A program made the position numbers and the translations under genes. A model generated the notes under the pieces. It saw only the letters and a program-made list of their open reading frames with translations. It ran no database searches and was not told the DNA's origin. Of a stretch of 64,000 nt of DNA, positions 1 to 14,099 are shown piece by piece (position 1 is the first letter of the stretch; every line of letters starts with the position of its first letter). This DNA comes from Paraspadella gotoi (lineage: Eukaryota > Animalia > Chaetognatha): the NCBI GenBank assembly GCA_051294375.1, contig CM119265.1, forward strand, positions 10,930,379 through 10,994,378. Reading direction: 5' to 3'.

Positions 1-560
1 TATGGATTCCTTTTGTTCGTTTAAGGAAAAAAAATTAACTTAAATTGTTTTTGATCGATTTCTTCTAAACCCATGGGCCAATTTAGACGTAACTTAAGAT
101 TTACATTATTCCAGTAGTTCTCTATCCAAAAATATAAAAACATTATGAAAAAAGGTTTGGGATCGAGTTTAGGAATTTGGTTTTACTTATATTGAACAGT
201 TCTGTCACTAACACAACAATAATTATTGTCTCTTCAGTGGTTCAATTAATAACTAAATAATTAATGATTTAATTATCATGATTGCTAGTTTACAACTTTA
301 ATTATTTTTGTACAGCCGCTGCAGAACTGAACTCATCTATATATATAAAAATTGTTTTGTAAATAAAACAAACAAATGAATTTTTGTTATTGTTATTATT
401 ATTGTTGGTTGTAGTCTTATTATGTTTTTAACGTTGTGGTCCCTCTCTCATTTATAGTTAAAATTTTAAAAATTTAATTTTATACATTTTATACCATTAA
501 GCTCTTGTCTTGACTTTTAATATCTTTAACATTTCATTTCATTTTAAAAGTGTAGGAATA

Positions 561-1508
561 TATGGTGACAATTTTACAAGGGCCGGTAAAAAAAATGCTA
601 CCATTTTCAAACCAGTGGATATTTCATTGATTTTAAAAATTAGTTAAGTAGAAAATATTAAAGTCATTTATGTGTTCAAATTTTATATTGATCAGTTAAG
701 ATATGCCTTAACAATGAGTGGAGAAAGTTGGCTTTTAAAATCCGATTTCATTTTCAAGCTCTGTTCTTAAATTCTTTTTTTTTTAACTTTTATTAAGATA
801 TTCACAATATTAATATCCTCAGAAAGCCCTTAAAAATATTTAAAATAGCAAATCACAATTTGATAAAAATCTTAAATTTACCCTCCAGCTATTGATTTTT
901 AGAAAGATGTCTCGTTTTTGAGTATCCTAATTAAATTAAAGCTGGGCCGGTTAAATTTTATACTACAGTATATGTAAGTACGTCATTCTTTTAAGATTTG
1001 AAAGGGCTTTCAGAAGATAATAATATTAATATTATTTTATTTCAAATTTTTTCAGAAAACTTACGAATCTAAAAAAAGTGAATGAAGACAGTAATTATTG
1101 TTATGTATTAATGACAGAACCGTTATATAAGCAGTCCCTGAGCTTCGGATCAGGCTGTAACACCATGTACAGGCGGGTTAAGCGCCCCTCTTAACTGCTA
1201 TGCGACCACCGGGCTAGAACCCCGGACCATTAGGTTGGGAGGCGAATGAGTTGCCTCCGGCACCAATGGCCGCTGATGAACAGTTGGTGGATTTTAGTCC
1301 ACCATATGAATTTAAAATTCAGAGACGATTTTTAAATCTATTTTCCAGCTATCAATGCTGAGGCATATCAAAGTCGATTTCGATAAAATTTGCATATATA
1401 AATAGTTTGGGTTTTTAATTTTAAATTCATATTTAACATTTAAAAAAATCTTCATGGCTTTGCAAATGACAGCGTTTTTTTACCGGCGCTTGTAAAATTG
1501 TCACCATG
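561..1508. mobile_element. TA-target MITE (Tc1/mariner-like), ~55-bp imperfect TIRs
   Basis: Left end (T/C)ATGGTGACAATTTTACAAG(G/C)GCCGGTAAAAAAA is matched in reverse at 1455-1508. Flanked by TA. The empty site GTGTAGGAATA|TGAAACATAACAATTTAAAAGACC is visible at ~40268-40302. Confidence 0.8.
1083..1306 (-). mobile_element. Solo LTR family A with tRNA-Gly-like core (Helenus-like)
   Basis: Minus strand reads TATGGTGGACTAAAATCCACC...TCTTCA. 4-bp TSD TGAA at 1079-1082 and 1307-1310. Near-identical to copies at 2411, 56659 and 60174. Confidence 0.85.
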
Positions 1509-2254
1509 TATCAAACATAACAATTTAAAAGACCTCACGGATTAGAAGCCATATCTAAATTTTAAGCTTCCTATGGTTACACACTGGAGTTATTTCAATG
1601 TTAAAACAGTGTAACGGTGACGGCAACGACTACTACGGTCAAAAGCAGAAACGAATTAACTTCTCGCCCGAGTATAAAAAGTATAAAAAGTTCATTTGAA
1701 ATAATTGTCACGGTTCTTAAAGATTACGGCGATCCCGGAGTTGAATTCGCTCTGGAGGCTTATGGGAAAACGAAGAGAAAGAAGAGGAAAAAATAAAGCT
1801 TGTTTCTTTACGGAAAAGATATGATATTAAAAACGTTTTTAAGCTTTACGAGCTAAGGATTTCTTTTTAATTCTTTAAAAAATTTAATTATAATTTTTTT
1901 TTTCATTGCTTTTGATAGATATTTACAAAAACAGTTTTTATTTGTGATAACCACAATCATTTAATAATTCGGATATGTTTTGGTTCTTGTTTTTTGAACC
2001 TTCATCAACCAGTTTTAATAGTTTTAATAAATATTTGGATACTAACTTTGAGAGAGAGAGAGAGGCAATTTTAACCTTGATATCTCTCACTCTCCGAATT
2101 ATTAAATGACCATTGTAATCATAAATAAAAACTCTGTTACTTTGTAAATATTATTATTATATTTTTTTTAAATTTATTAATATTGAAATATTATTTTTTG
2201 AAATGTTAAATTATTGTATACTTAAGCCAAAACTTAATTTTAAATTTAACTTTA

Positions 2255-2705
2255 ATTTACCCTTAACTTACCCCTAACCCAAACTTACCCCTAACCCAAA
2301 CTTACCCTTACCTTTAACTTACCCTTACCTTTAACTTACCCTTACCTTTAACTTACCCTTACCTTTAACTTACCCTTACCTTTAACTTACCCTTAACCCT
2401 AACTTACCCCTGAAGAGACAGTAAGTATTGATAAGTGTTAATGACAGAACCGTTCAATATAAGCAGTCCCTGAGCTTCGGATCAGGCTGTAACACCTTGT
2501 TACAGGCGGGTTAAGCGCCCTGTCTCCCTTAACTGCCAGACGACCACCGGGCTAGAACCCCGGACCTTTGGGTTGGGAGGCGAATGACTTGCCTCTGGCA
2601 CCAATGGCCGCTGATGAACGGTTGGTGGATTTTAGTTCACCATACCCCTAACCCTAACTTACCCTTAACCCTAACCCTAACTTACCCCTAACTTATTTTT
2701 AACCT
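2255..2705. repeat. Interstitial telomere-like (CCCTAA/CCCTTA variant) tandem array, interrupted by an LTR
   Basis: Repeated CCCTAAC, TTACCC and a 17-bp TTAACTTACCCTTACCT unit. Confidence 0.8.
2411..2644 (-). mobile_element. Solo LTR family A with tRNA-Gly-like core
   Basis: Same TATGG...TCTTCA element. TSD CCCC at 2407-2410 and 2645-2648. Confidence 0.85.
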
Positions 2706-5147
2706 TAAACAAAAATTTAATAATTATAAAAAAGTTTGAAATGAATTTTCAACAACGATTTTATTTTTAATAAAAAACGGACATGTTTCAACCACAATAA
2801 TTATAAAAAAAACATTTAGTTGACCCTACCTAATTAATAATTATTTATATAATCCATTATTATTTTTGCATTAAAAAAGTATTTTTTACTAAATTCCAAA
2901 TTTTTCTTTTTTACTGTACAAAGCTACAATTTAGGTTTTAAGCCTCATTGAACAAAGGCTTTACAAGAACTAATATTTTTTTATTTTTATATTTACTTAA
3001 AAGTTGACAAATCAAACCTAAATTATATTCTTATAGAAACAAACTGTAATAATTATTAATTAATATTCATATTCATCCTTTATATATATTATTAAACTAT
3101 ATTGATTCCTAATTATAACAATTAAAAATTTAGCAAAAATACAGAATCTTTCTTTTTATATTTATATTACTTCAAAGAGTTTTATTTTATCCAATTAACA
3201 GAATCATTTAAAAAGAAAGTTAAATAAAATCAGTCGATACCCTAAGTTTTGATTCATTCCTAGGTGATAAAGTAGATACCTCACTGAGAGCCAATATTAG
3301 TTATATTTCTTAATATATTTTTTATGCCGGTCCCTGGAGGATGATATCAATATTCACTTGCAAAAAACCGCTTTTAAATTCCTACAATGGTTTCCGAGAT
3401 ATAGTACATAAACGTCAGCCTTGAAAGACAAAATTTGTCAGAATAAAATTTTCGAGTTTCTTCTTAGATTTCTGACGCGCTAGTACAAACTATTTAAAAA
3501 AAAGAGAAAACGTTTTGCTGATTTCTTCAGCATAATCCATAATGTGTAAGACGATGGGTACACCTGAAAGTGATATGTCTCTAGAGGACGGAAAATTTTT
3601 CTTTAGGTTTTATTTTAAAATTTAGGTATTGTACCAATAGGATAAATTGAGATACTCCACTTTGCCAAAATTTTTATTTAACAAAGATTTGTACTGCGTA
3701 GTTCAAATCCTTAGTTCTCTAACGTAAAAAAGTTATTTTCTTGAATAACTTTGGAAAGAAAAGAGGTAAGAATGTGGGTGAGGTATTAAATTAAAGCCCT
3801 AATCATGGGACACCTCTCTAAAATAGTTTTATTAAATTTTATCCATAAATCTTTACTCAGCTTTTATTTAAATCGGAGTTAAAGTATAACAGTTTTTTGC
3901 ATAAAAATTTCAATGAAGGCATGTGAAATTTTTTTTCTTCTTCGTAATATGAAAAAGGAAAGACTAAATTACATTTTGATTACCATTAATTGCTCTACTC
4001 TATAAATTTGCTTGTATTTTTTAAAACAGCAAAAATTTATGAAGTAGCTGGTTAAAATGTTTTTTTAAATATGAAAAATGATAAATACAAAAATATTTTC
4101 AGATTGAGATAAACACGTCTGGACGTCTACCTTCTTGTCTGTGAAAAAAAAATTGTTCATATTTCATTATCTTCAACTGCAAACAAAAGGCTTGACACCA
4201 TGCTTGTTTATCATAATAAAATTTAAAAATTACAATAGCTGGCAACATATTTGACTAAGCAAGACATTCATTGTGTTTATCTGTATTGATAATTTTCTTT
4301 TAAATATAAACACCTTTATACAAGGAATTTAATTCTATTACTTATCATCCATTTTAATTAAGAAAAAAAATTCGCGGAATAGCCCATTGGAAAGGTTCAT
4401 TGACTGACTTAATGATCGAATTTTTTAGGTTTCTTTACTGCCCCCATTTCACAAGACATAAAGGTCATGATTATCATGTCAGTATGTCCAGATTATCTGT
4501 ACCTTTCTGCAACCTGCATTCTGAATTTCTTTTTTTTCCCTTTCAAATGTATTAAATAAAAAAAATATTTGAAGAACGATGGCGTGGAGGATGCCATTGT
4601 AAGCCTTAGTTACCCCACTTCCCGATCGAATATTTAACGAGGTTTTTTCCATCTATTCGAGACATAACACTAACTATTGGTACTATTAATTTTTTATTAT
4701 TTTTTCATGAAATTTGTGTAATCAGAGAAACGTTTAGGGTGTCAAAAAAAATATGAGAAAAAAAAGAGAAAAACGTTCTGACAAATTTAAAAAATTTATG
4801 GAGGAAATCTAATAAAAGTGATAAAAGCTGAAATCTTTTAAAATTAGATCTTACCCTTTTTGGAAAAAAATTTTAAACTTGAAAAAGATTTTCTATTTAC
4901 CGATTTTTTAAAAGAAAATTAAGCTTCCAGATTTATCGAATTTTTCAACTACTTCCAAATGATTATAAAAAAATAATATATGGTTCAGAACCAGCTTAAG
5001 TTAAAAGGTCAACGTTTATGTTTTCAGCTTTTTACCCCCCCCCTGTTCACTTGGTCCCCTTAAGAAAAACCTTGCTCTTCGTTTTCCCATAGGCCTCCAG
5101 AGGGGCATTGATCTCCAGGAATGCAAAATTACTCATTCGCGACTTAC

Positions 5148-6269
5148 CTCACGTTCCTCAGCCACGATCTCCTTAATGCGGTCCACCCACTTCCGGCACT
5201 GAAACGCGTCCAAAAACAGGTAAACGTATAAGCGCGTAGCGCCACTTGCGTCCGCCTATCGGTCCGCCACGTGAACCGCGAACGTGAGCGAAGGAGGGGA
5301 GGGCGCGGATAGCGCCGCCGCCGCTGCAGCAGCCGCGTCCGGTTCGGAGTCGAAGTGGCCAGCGGAGACGCCGGCGAAGCGTTGCTGCTGAAATCGGCGG
5401 CGGCGGCCAGGAATGGGACTCGGAAGGGAGAAAAAACGCCGTGGAGTCTTCCCGCGAGCGAAGGAAGTCGCATCTTGGGCTTTAAGGGGGGCGGAAATCT
5501 GTGGAAGAATTGAGAATCACTATTCACATCACTATTAATAAAGGCTTTAGCATTATATAAATACATATATAATATAATACCGGCGGACAACAACAAAGAT
5601 AAAAGAGATCATAGGGAAACCTGTAGTTAATCCTCGCCTCTCCTTAACGACGGCCGACGGAAGCTCAAGCGATTTAGCACCGGAATTCGGAGAAAAAACG
5701 GGGTTCGAAATCCGACCCGGTTAAGAGGTCGGACAAGAGTGTCGAGAAACCGCGCCGGGTAAGAGGGCGCGCGAATCGGGCACTGGAGATAAGGTCCGCG
5801 AATCGGCGGCGGGGGAGAGGCGCCCGAGCGAAGCCAGAGTCGTGCGCGGGATCTCGTCGAAGACACGCTCTCGCCGCCGACGGATAGAAAACGAGGGGTT
5901 CGTCGTCGTCGTTGTTGTCTTCGCTTTCGACGTTGTCCGCTTCCCCCCTTTTTATTGACTGGCGGTTCGACGAAAGTGACGCCGATGATGAAGGTTGGTA
6001 CGACGGAGCGCCGGCGAATTGACATCGGTGACGACCGACGCCGTCTGGGTTCGCCGGATCGTTGGACGACTGCTGCTGTTGCGCTGCGCCGCCGTCAAAA
6101 CTTATATCGCGCTCCTTGAGCGATGAGAAGCACCCCAACCGCCCCGACGACGCTGCGGAAGCAGCGGACCCGGATGACGTGACGCGCTCCCACGAGAGGA
6201 GTTCCCGCGTCAAGTTGCCTGAAGAGCACTTCCGGTCCTCGGCAGCGACGTCAGAATCACTTCGCTCAT
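5148..6269 (-). pseudogene. CERK: Ceramide kinase exons 1-2, frameshifted duplicate copy (probably sequence errors)
   Basis: Copy of 12972-14099 with multiple 1-nt indels breaking the frame. Confidence 0.6.
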
Positions 6270-7793
6270 TGTCGCCCCCAGAAGCGAAAGGAAGGCGGCG
6301 AGTGGGCGTAAGTTAGAAAGAGAGAGAGATCGCGGCGGAAAGCGAAAGGTTCGGGGCACGCCCTTTCCGCGTGACTCGTTTTTTTCCGTTTTTAGAGGTA
6401 GAGCAGCATTTTATTTATTCCTTTTTCCTTCTTCTAATCGAAGAAGGATCGGCGACGGCGGTGGGACTATAATTGGTAACCCGGGGGAATCCATTTAGAC
6501 GACGGTGGATGTTTTTTCGATCCCGTCGTCGCTCGACTTCGATCTCCACCTCGAGATTTTCTTTCTTTCCTCATCACCATTTTTTTATTTCTTTTTTTTA
6601 GTATTTTTTTTCAATTCCGATTCGAGCGAGGAAAGTTGCGCGTTAGTGAAAAATAAAGTTCACAAAAAAATATATATTTTTTTAAAAAAATCACAGATAG
6701 AATTTAGTTCTTCGTAGATAGTCGAGGTTTGAAAAAAAAATAAAGCAAAATTAAGATGAGAAGTCCTTGATTGGAATTATAGTAAATAATAAAAATATCA
6801 TTGCTCTGGTCTGGGTGATAAAATCATTGAAGAAAAAAAGTAGGTGAGTTTTTAAGAATTGATTTTCCGAGATCTTTTTCCTGGGCGAGGGTACATCGAT
6901 TAAAATTTTTACGAGTTAAAGAAGTTAAAGGCTAAACTTCTTATTGTATTTTTTTCGTCGAACAAAACTCAAAAAAAGTTTCTGTAAAAAATAAATAACT
7001 TTTTTTGAACAGTCCAAAAATGCAAAAAAGGGCGTTCCTTGCCGCGGATAACAATTATCTTAAAGAAGACCTTGGAACAGCTCTTTTATTTTGACAATGA
7101 TAGATAAAAAAATTATTTCAGATGCAAATTGTATACAATTATAAATGTAATAAAATTGGAACAAGCACACACATTACATATTAATTTGTTGATCATCGTA
7201 CGATCATCCGATCCTCATCAAAGACGTCTGTCCGATGACGCATCTAAACACGTCTTTTGCCTCGACTTCAAAAATCCTATAACAAGTAGGGCGGCCCAGA
7301 ACGAGCCTAATCCGAGATTTTGAAAAACTTCGGGAAACATGAAAATCGATAGCTTAGTGATTGTCGGAAAGGAAATTACCTTTTTTATATATATGATTTT
7401 TATTCTTGTGAGGCTTTTAAAAATGTTATTAAATATAAAATTAATAACAATAACTTTTTTTCATATGAATATTTCCAGTCAGCCAGTTTCGTTTATTTAT
7501 AATTTAAAAAGTAATAAGTTCGACTGATTTGCGGGAAAAAAAATATAAGACACGATCTCAAAGTCAGCTCGAGTTTTGACTTTGAAATTCTTAGAATAAT
7601 TGAATATCTGTTAAACTTACTGGCATTCACTAAAAGGGCTTAATCGAAAATATCAGGGCGCGAGAACCGCAGAATTAGGTCGTATTCCCCAAATATCGAT
7701 AGTTAAAATATTTGAGGTTCAGAAAAGATCTGAAAGATAAACTTGTAACGTGTAACACCTTCGACCTCACGAACTATTTAGTTATTTAATGAA

Positions 7794-8070
7794 ATGAAAT
7801 TGGTACAACCAATATAAAAATTATCCATTCATTTAATAAATAAGCTCTCTTGCCCCTGACTTTGGACAGGCTTTGGTGGTTTAAGGCCTCCATCACTCTT
7901 ACAGATAATGAAATAGCAGGTCCTGCAAGCTTTCATCAAGACTCTCTCACAGTCCCGTTATATCACTCCCAGAGTAACCTGGCCTTCCTATCAATGAAGT
8001 GAAAATATTTCAAAGAATGTTTCAATTGTATGAAAAGACCACTCCCTTAAGTATTAGATCGGGGAATACT
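7794..8070 (-). mobile_element. Interspersed repeat with fixed ...TTGGTTGTACCAATTTCAT end (family R)
   Basis: Same sequence at 15644-15923, 32581-32776, 38277-38526, 46521-46801, 58024-58070 and 61407-61590, with variable truncation at the other end. Confidence 0.8.
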
Positions 8071-8271
8071 TTAGTTATTTTAATATTAATCTTCGCCAAG
8101 CAAAGTTTTATGGAAGAATAAGTCATGAGTCATGACTATCGTAATTGTAAACCCAGCCCGCATGATAGAGTCGAATCGCAGATCCATTATGATCCAATAC
8201 GGGATAAACGATACAAGCGACCCCCCGACGACCCCTCTCAAATTTAAAAGTCGCTTCGTTCCTTTAGAAAA

Positions 8272-8515
8272 ATGGACGTCGCGTCGGACAACGTTTACTT
8301 TTCCACGAAATTTAGGAATCCCACGACAGGCGAAGTTGACGCAGGACAACTTCGACATCGTCTCAATCACGTGAGCGAGAAAATCATGCGACCAAGCAGT
8401 TGAAAGACTATTTAACGCTAGAGCCAAAGCCGAAGCGGAGTTCGCTAAGAGGCTTGTCGAGACCTCAAGAAGCTCGGCCGCTCGGCGTCGATGGAAGCTA
8501 CGAGAAGCCGCCCGG
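8272..8515 (+). pseudogene. F-BAR protein exon 1, frameshifted duplicate copy
   Basis: Copy of 16133-16382 with indels. Confidence 0.6.
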
Positions 8516-8927
8516 GTACAAACAACCAAGTCGTTTGACGAACCGACGCTTTTTTTTTTTTTTTTTTTGGTAATTCATTTTCCGTCGTTGGAAAACAACT
8601 TTTGCTAATCAGGCCAAGTCATAGGTTGGACAAGAGGGGAGTTTTTCTACCATTGACTTGGTCTGTTTCCGCGCGAGAATACATTTACGTATGAGAAAAT
8701 CTTACACTTTTGCTTTATATTTAAAAAAGCTATTCAAGAATGATAAATCTATAATTCCTTCGTGAATATGCAACATGATTATTCATTCCACCTCGCTTTT
8801 GTCATATCAATACGTAAATCCTGCTACACAGTCAGCCCGAGAGCAAAACTGGATTCGATCGAAAAAAAAAAAAAACCAAAAAAATCTTAAAAGCAAAGGA
8901 TCGAGCCAGCTTTCGATGGTAACAAAT

Positions 8928-9140
8928 ATTGATGCGATGATAACAAAATATTGAGGCGATGAAGCCAAATATTGACGCGATGATAACCAATAATTGATGC
9001 GATAATAACAAAATGACTGATGTGATGATATCAAATGATTGATGCGATGATAGTCATTCATTAATAGATGATAATCATTCATTGATGACGATGATAGTCA
9101 TTCATTGATGCGCTGATCATCATTCCATTGACGCGATGAA
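8928..9140. repeat. ~19-22-bp minisatellite (TTGATGCGATGATAACCAAA variants)
   Basis: Tandem units. Related arrays at 16790-17025 and 38930-39060. Confidence 0.8.
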
Positions 9141-9176
9141 TCATCTCACGTAAATAAAACAAACAAATGCGTGTAT

Positions 9177-9212
<36 letters not shown>

Positions 9213-10639
9213 TGAAGTAAAAGTGGGGTTTGAGGCCAGTGTTTTACACTGCTTTAAAAGCTACGTTTTTGAGAATACTACTCATATAATAACAAGAACT
9301 GATGTATTTTCAGTTACAGATTGTGTGAGCTCTTTCTAGATTCGCAATTTAAACATTTACTCTTGTCAGAGAAACTCGGTCCCAACCAGAAAGAGAGAGA
9401 GAGAGAGAGACTGACAGTTTTCCCCCAACGAAACGCATTATTAGGTCTTTCTCGTTATATAAAGAATAATCATAATATTTTAAGAAAAAATCCACGAAAA
9501 TCTCGGATGTAATTGGGATTTTATATTGAGAAAAAAGCGCCGGAATAAATGGCGTAAATTTTTAGAAGGAAAAAAAGAGAGAGAGAGAGAGAGAGAGAAA
9601 GAAGTGAGAGAGAGAAGAAGAAAAGAGAAGGAGAGAGAAAAAGATAGAGAGATTCACGTTGCATTTTAGGAAAAAAAACGACTCTTTCCACTATTGTCAG
9701 ATTGTTACTTACAATGATTGATTAACTTTGTACCACAACAAAATAGGGCCGAATGAAGATTGGTTAAAAACATTCCACCTTTGTAATGATAAATTAGTAA
9801 CCATTTTGGCAACTTTTGCCAAAAAAATTATGTCCATTTTGTTCCATTTTACTTACGACTTCTGATTTGAATGCCAAGGAAGTTGAGAAAAATTTTTTAC
9901 TTTGGAAATCCGTTCTTCTTATCTTCTTTACCTCTGGGTAAATTTATTAAGCTTAAATCATTTATAGTTTTGCCTATGAATATAATTTTTAAAGTTAACA
10001 AGTCAAAAAGTTGGAGTTTCAGTCTTTATCATAATTTTGTTAAACAAAAATAAATAAATTGGTTGAAATTAACAGAAAATATAGCCATTGAATACAGCTT
10101 TAACACCTATAAAATTACAAAAAAACTTTTTGGTTTAGCCACAAATAATTTTTTAAAGACGTCTTTTCATTGTAACTTTTTTTGTGACTTCATTTATTTT
10201 GATAAAGATAATAGTTCAACTCATTATTAGTTTAAAATGAGGTACATACTGACCTTAATTAATCAAAAAACCGCATCCTTTTAATTCCACTGGAAAGCAA
10301 TCAGGACTTTTTTCTCAAAATCGACATTTTTAAATATTTTCTTTGATTTGGCTCAATGTAACAGTGAAGAAATAGGAAAGGGAAAACAAGAAACGAGAAC
10401 GGGAGAGAATGAAAACGAGGGGGGGGAAAGGCAAAAAAACGAAGGCAAAGGGAAAAAATAGTGAAACAATTGTAAGGTAGAAAGAAGGGAAATGGAAAGA
10501 AAAAGTGGGGAAAAAGGGAAAGAAGAATGAGAAAAAAAGTAAGGAAAGTGCAATGAGTGACGAAAAAGGTGGGCAAAAAATGGTAAAGTGACAGCGTGAG
10601 ACGTAAGGGAGGAAAGAGGAAGAGGAAAATATAAAGTAA

Positions 10640-10664
10640 NNNNNNNNNNNNNNNNNNNNNNNNN
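10640..10664. other. Assembly gap (25 N)
   Basis: Run of N. Confidence 1.
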
Positions 10665-12971
10665 TTATTTTATTTTTGCATTAAAAAGTATTTTTTACTA
10701 AATTTTATTTTTTTATTTTTTACTGTACAAGGTTACAGTTTTAGGTTTAAGCCTCATTGAACAAAGGCTTTACAAGACTAATATTTTTTTATTTTTATAT
10801 TTACTTAAAAGTTGACAAATCAAACCTAAATTATATTCTTATAGAAACAAAACTGTAATAATTATTAATTAATATTCATATTCATCCTTTATATATATTA
10901 TTAAACTATATTGATTCCTAATTATAACAATTAAAAATTTAGCAAAAATACAGAATCTTTCTTTTTATATTTATATTACTTCAAAGAGTTTTATTTTTAT
11001 CCAATTAACAGAATCATTTAAAAAGAAAGTTTAAATAAAATCAGTCGATACCCTAAGTTTTGATTCATTCCTAGGTGATAAAAGTAGATACCTCACTCGA
11101 GAGCCAATATTAGTTTATTTCTTAATATATTTTTATGCCGGTCCCTGGAGGATGATATCAATATTCACTTGCAAAAAACCGCTTTTAAATTCCTACAATG
11201 GTTTCCGAGATATAGTCATAAACGTCAGCCTTGAAAGACAAAATTTGTCAGAATAAATTTTCGAGTTTCTTCTTAGATTTCTGACGCGCTAGTACAAACT
11301 ATTTAAAAAAAAGAGAAAACGTTTTGCTGATTTCTTTCCAGCATAATCCATAATGTGTAAGACGATGGGTACACCTGAAAGTGATATGTCTCTAGAGGAC
11401 GAAAATTTTTCTTTAGGTTTTATTTTAAAATTTAGGTATTGTACCAATAGGATAAATTGAGATACTCCACTTTGCCAAATTTTTATTTAACAAAGATTTG
11501 TACTGCGTAGTTCAAAATCCTTAGTTCTCTAACGTAAAAAGTTATTTTCTTGAATAACTTTGGAAAGAAAAGAGGTAAGAATGTGGGTGAGGTATTAAAT
11601 TAAAGCCCTAATCATGGGACACCTCTCTAAAATAGTTTTATTAAATTTTATCCATAAATCTTTACTCAGCTTTTATTTAAATCGGAGTTAAAAGTATAAC
11701 AGTTTTTTGCATAAAAATTTCAATGAAGGCATGTGAAATTTTTTTTCTTCTTTCGTAATATGAAAAAGGAAAGACTAAATTACATTTGATTACCATTAAA
11801 TTTGCTCTACTCTATAAATTTGCTTGTATTTTTTAAAAACAAGCAAAAATTTATGAAGTAGCTGGTTAAAATGTTTTTTTAAATATGAAAAATGATAAAT
11901 ACAAAAATATTTTCAGATTGATATAAAACGTCTGGACGTCTACCTTCTTGTCTGTGAAAAAAAAATTGTCATTTTCATTATCTTCAACTGCAAACAAAAG
12001 CTTGACACCATGCTTGTTTATCATAATAAAATTTAAAAAATTACATAGCTGGCAACATATTTGACTAAGCAAGACATCATTGTGTTTATCTGTATTGATA
12101 ATTTTCTTTTAAATATAAACAACCTTTATACAAGGAATTTAATTCTATTACTTATCATCCATTTTAATTAAGAAAAAAAATTTCGCGGAATAGCCCATTG
12201 GAAAGGGTTCATTGACTGACTTAATGATCGAATTTTTTAGGTTTCTTTACTGCCCCCATTTCACAAGACATAAAAGGTCATGATTATCATGTCAGTATGT
12301 CCAGATTATCTGTACCCTTTCTGCAACCTGCATTCTGAATTTTCTTTTTTTCCCTTTCAAATGTATTAAATAAAAAAAATTATTTGAGAGAACGATTGGC
12401 GTGGAGGATGCCATTGGTAAGCCTTAGTTACCCCACTTCCCGATCGAATATTTAAACGAGGTTTTTTTTTCCATCTATTCGAGACATAACACTAACTATT
12501 GGTACTATTAATTTTTTTTATTTTTTCATGAAATTTTGTGTAATCAGAGAAACGTTTAGCGTGTCAAAAAAAATATGGAAAAAAAAGAGAAAAACGTTCT
12601 GACAAATTTAAAAAATTTATGGAGGAATCTAATAAAAGTGATAAAAGCTGAAATCTTTTTAAAATTAGATCTTACCCTTTTTTGGAAAAAAAATTTTAAA
12701 CTTGAAAAAGATTTTCTTCTTACCGATTTTTTAAAGAAAATTAAGCTTCCAGATTTTATCGAATTTTTCAACTACTTTCCCAAATGATTATAAAAAATAA
12801 ATTATATGGTCAGAACCAGCTTAAGTTAAAAGGTCAAACGTTATGTTTTCAGCTTTTTACCCCCCCCTGTTCACTTGGTCCCCTTAAGAAAAACCTTGCT
12901 CTTCGTTTTCCCATAGGCCTCCAGAGGGCATTGATCTCCAGGAATGCCAAAATTACTCATTCGCGACTTAC

Positions 12972-14099
12972 CTCACGTTCCTCAGCCACGATCTCCTTAA
13001 TGCGGTCCACCCACTTCCGGCACGTGAAACCGTCAAAACAGGTAAACGTATAAGTCGCGTAGCGCCACTTGCGTCCGCCTATCGGTCGCGCCACGTGAAC
13101 CGCGAACGTGAGCGAAGGAGGGGAGGGCGCGGATAGCGCCGCCGCCGCTGCAGCAGCCGCGTCCGGTGTCGGAGTCGAAGTGGCCAGCGGAGACGCCGGC
13201 GAAGCGTTGCTCGCGAAATCGGCGGCGGCGGCAGGAATGGGACTCGGAAGGGAGAAAAACGCCGTGGAGTCTTCGCGAGCGAAGGAAGTCGCATCTTGGG
13301 CTTTAAGGGCGGCGGAATCTGTGGAAGAATTAGAATCACTATTACTATCACTATTAATAAAGGGCTAGCATTATATAAATACATATATAATATAATACCG
13401 GCGGACAACAACAAAGATAAAAGAGATCATAGGGAAACCTGTAGTTAATCCTCGCCTCTCCTTAACGACGGCGACGGAAGCCTCAAGCGATTTAGCACCG
13501 GAATTCGGAGAAAAACGGGGTTCGAATCCCGACCCGGTTAAGAGGTCGGACAAGAGTGTCCGAGAAACCGCGCCGGGTAAGAGGGCGCGCGAATCGGGCA
13601 CTGGAGATAAGGTCCGCGAATCGGCGGCGGGGGAGAGGGCGCCCGAGTCGAAGCCAGAGTCGTGCGCGGGATCTCGTCGAGACACGCTCTCGCCGCCGAC
13701 GGGGATAGAAAACGAGGGGTTCGTCGTCGTCGTTGTTGTCTTCGCTTTCGACGTTGTCCGCTTCCCTCCCTTTTTATTGCCTGGCGGTTCGACGAAAGTG
13801 ACGCCGATGATGAGGTTGGTAGCGACGGAGCGCCGCGAATTGACATCGGTGACGACCGACGCCGTCTGGGTTCGCGCGGAGTCGTTGGACGACTGCTGCT
13901 GTTGCTGCTGCGCCGCCGTCAAAATTATATCGCGCTCCTTGAGGCGATGAGAAGCACCCCAACCGCCCCCCGACGACGCTGCGGAAGCAGCGGACCCGGA
14001 TGACGTGACGCGCTCCCACGAGAGGAGTTCCCGCGTCAACGTTGCCTGGAAGAGCGACTTCCGGTCCTCGAGCAGCGACGTCAGAATCACTTCGCTCAT
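12972..14099 (-). CDS. CERK: Ceramide kinase, 5' exons (14099-13439, 13318-12972) encoding an N-terminal PH domain with a long insertion; catalytic exons not in window
   Basis: Phase-1 GT-AG splice joins MSEVILTSLLEDRKSLFQATLTRELLSWERV... to ...SLTFAVHVARPIGGRKWRYATYTFTCFDGFTCRKWVDRIKEIV. This resembles the human CERK PH end AFTVHCVKRARRHRWKWAQVTFWC...CHLWLQTLREML. Confidence 0.75.

Larger units (their letters stand above)
2861..10639. repeat. First copy of ~7.8-kb direct duplication (second copy 10665-18546), probable assembly overlap
   Basis: The two copies are colinear and abut the N-gap. They differ mainly by single-base indels, many in homopolymers. Confidence 0.9.

Noticed and set aside
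1083-1306. Family A as an ordinary tRNA-SINE or a Helentron
   Set aside because: There are 33 conserved nt upstream of the tRNA part, no tail, constant 4-bp TSDs and one PPT-linked copy.
2255-2705. True telomere or chromosome end
   Set aside because: Short, degenerate and internal.
12890-12950. Next CERK exon (resembling FINPFGGK)
   Set aside because: Poor match, and the same CTCTGGAGGC.TATGGGAAAACGAAGAG motif occurs in a repeat at ~1749-1778.
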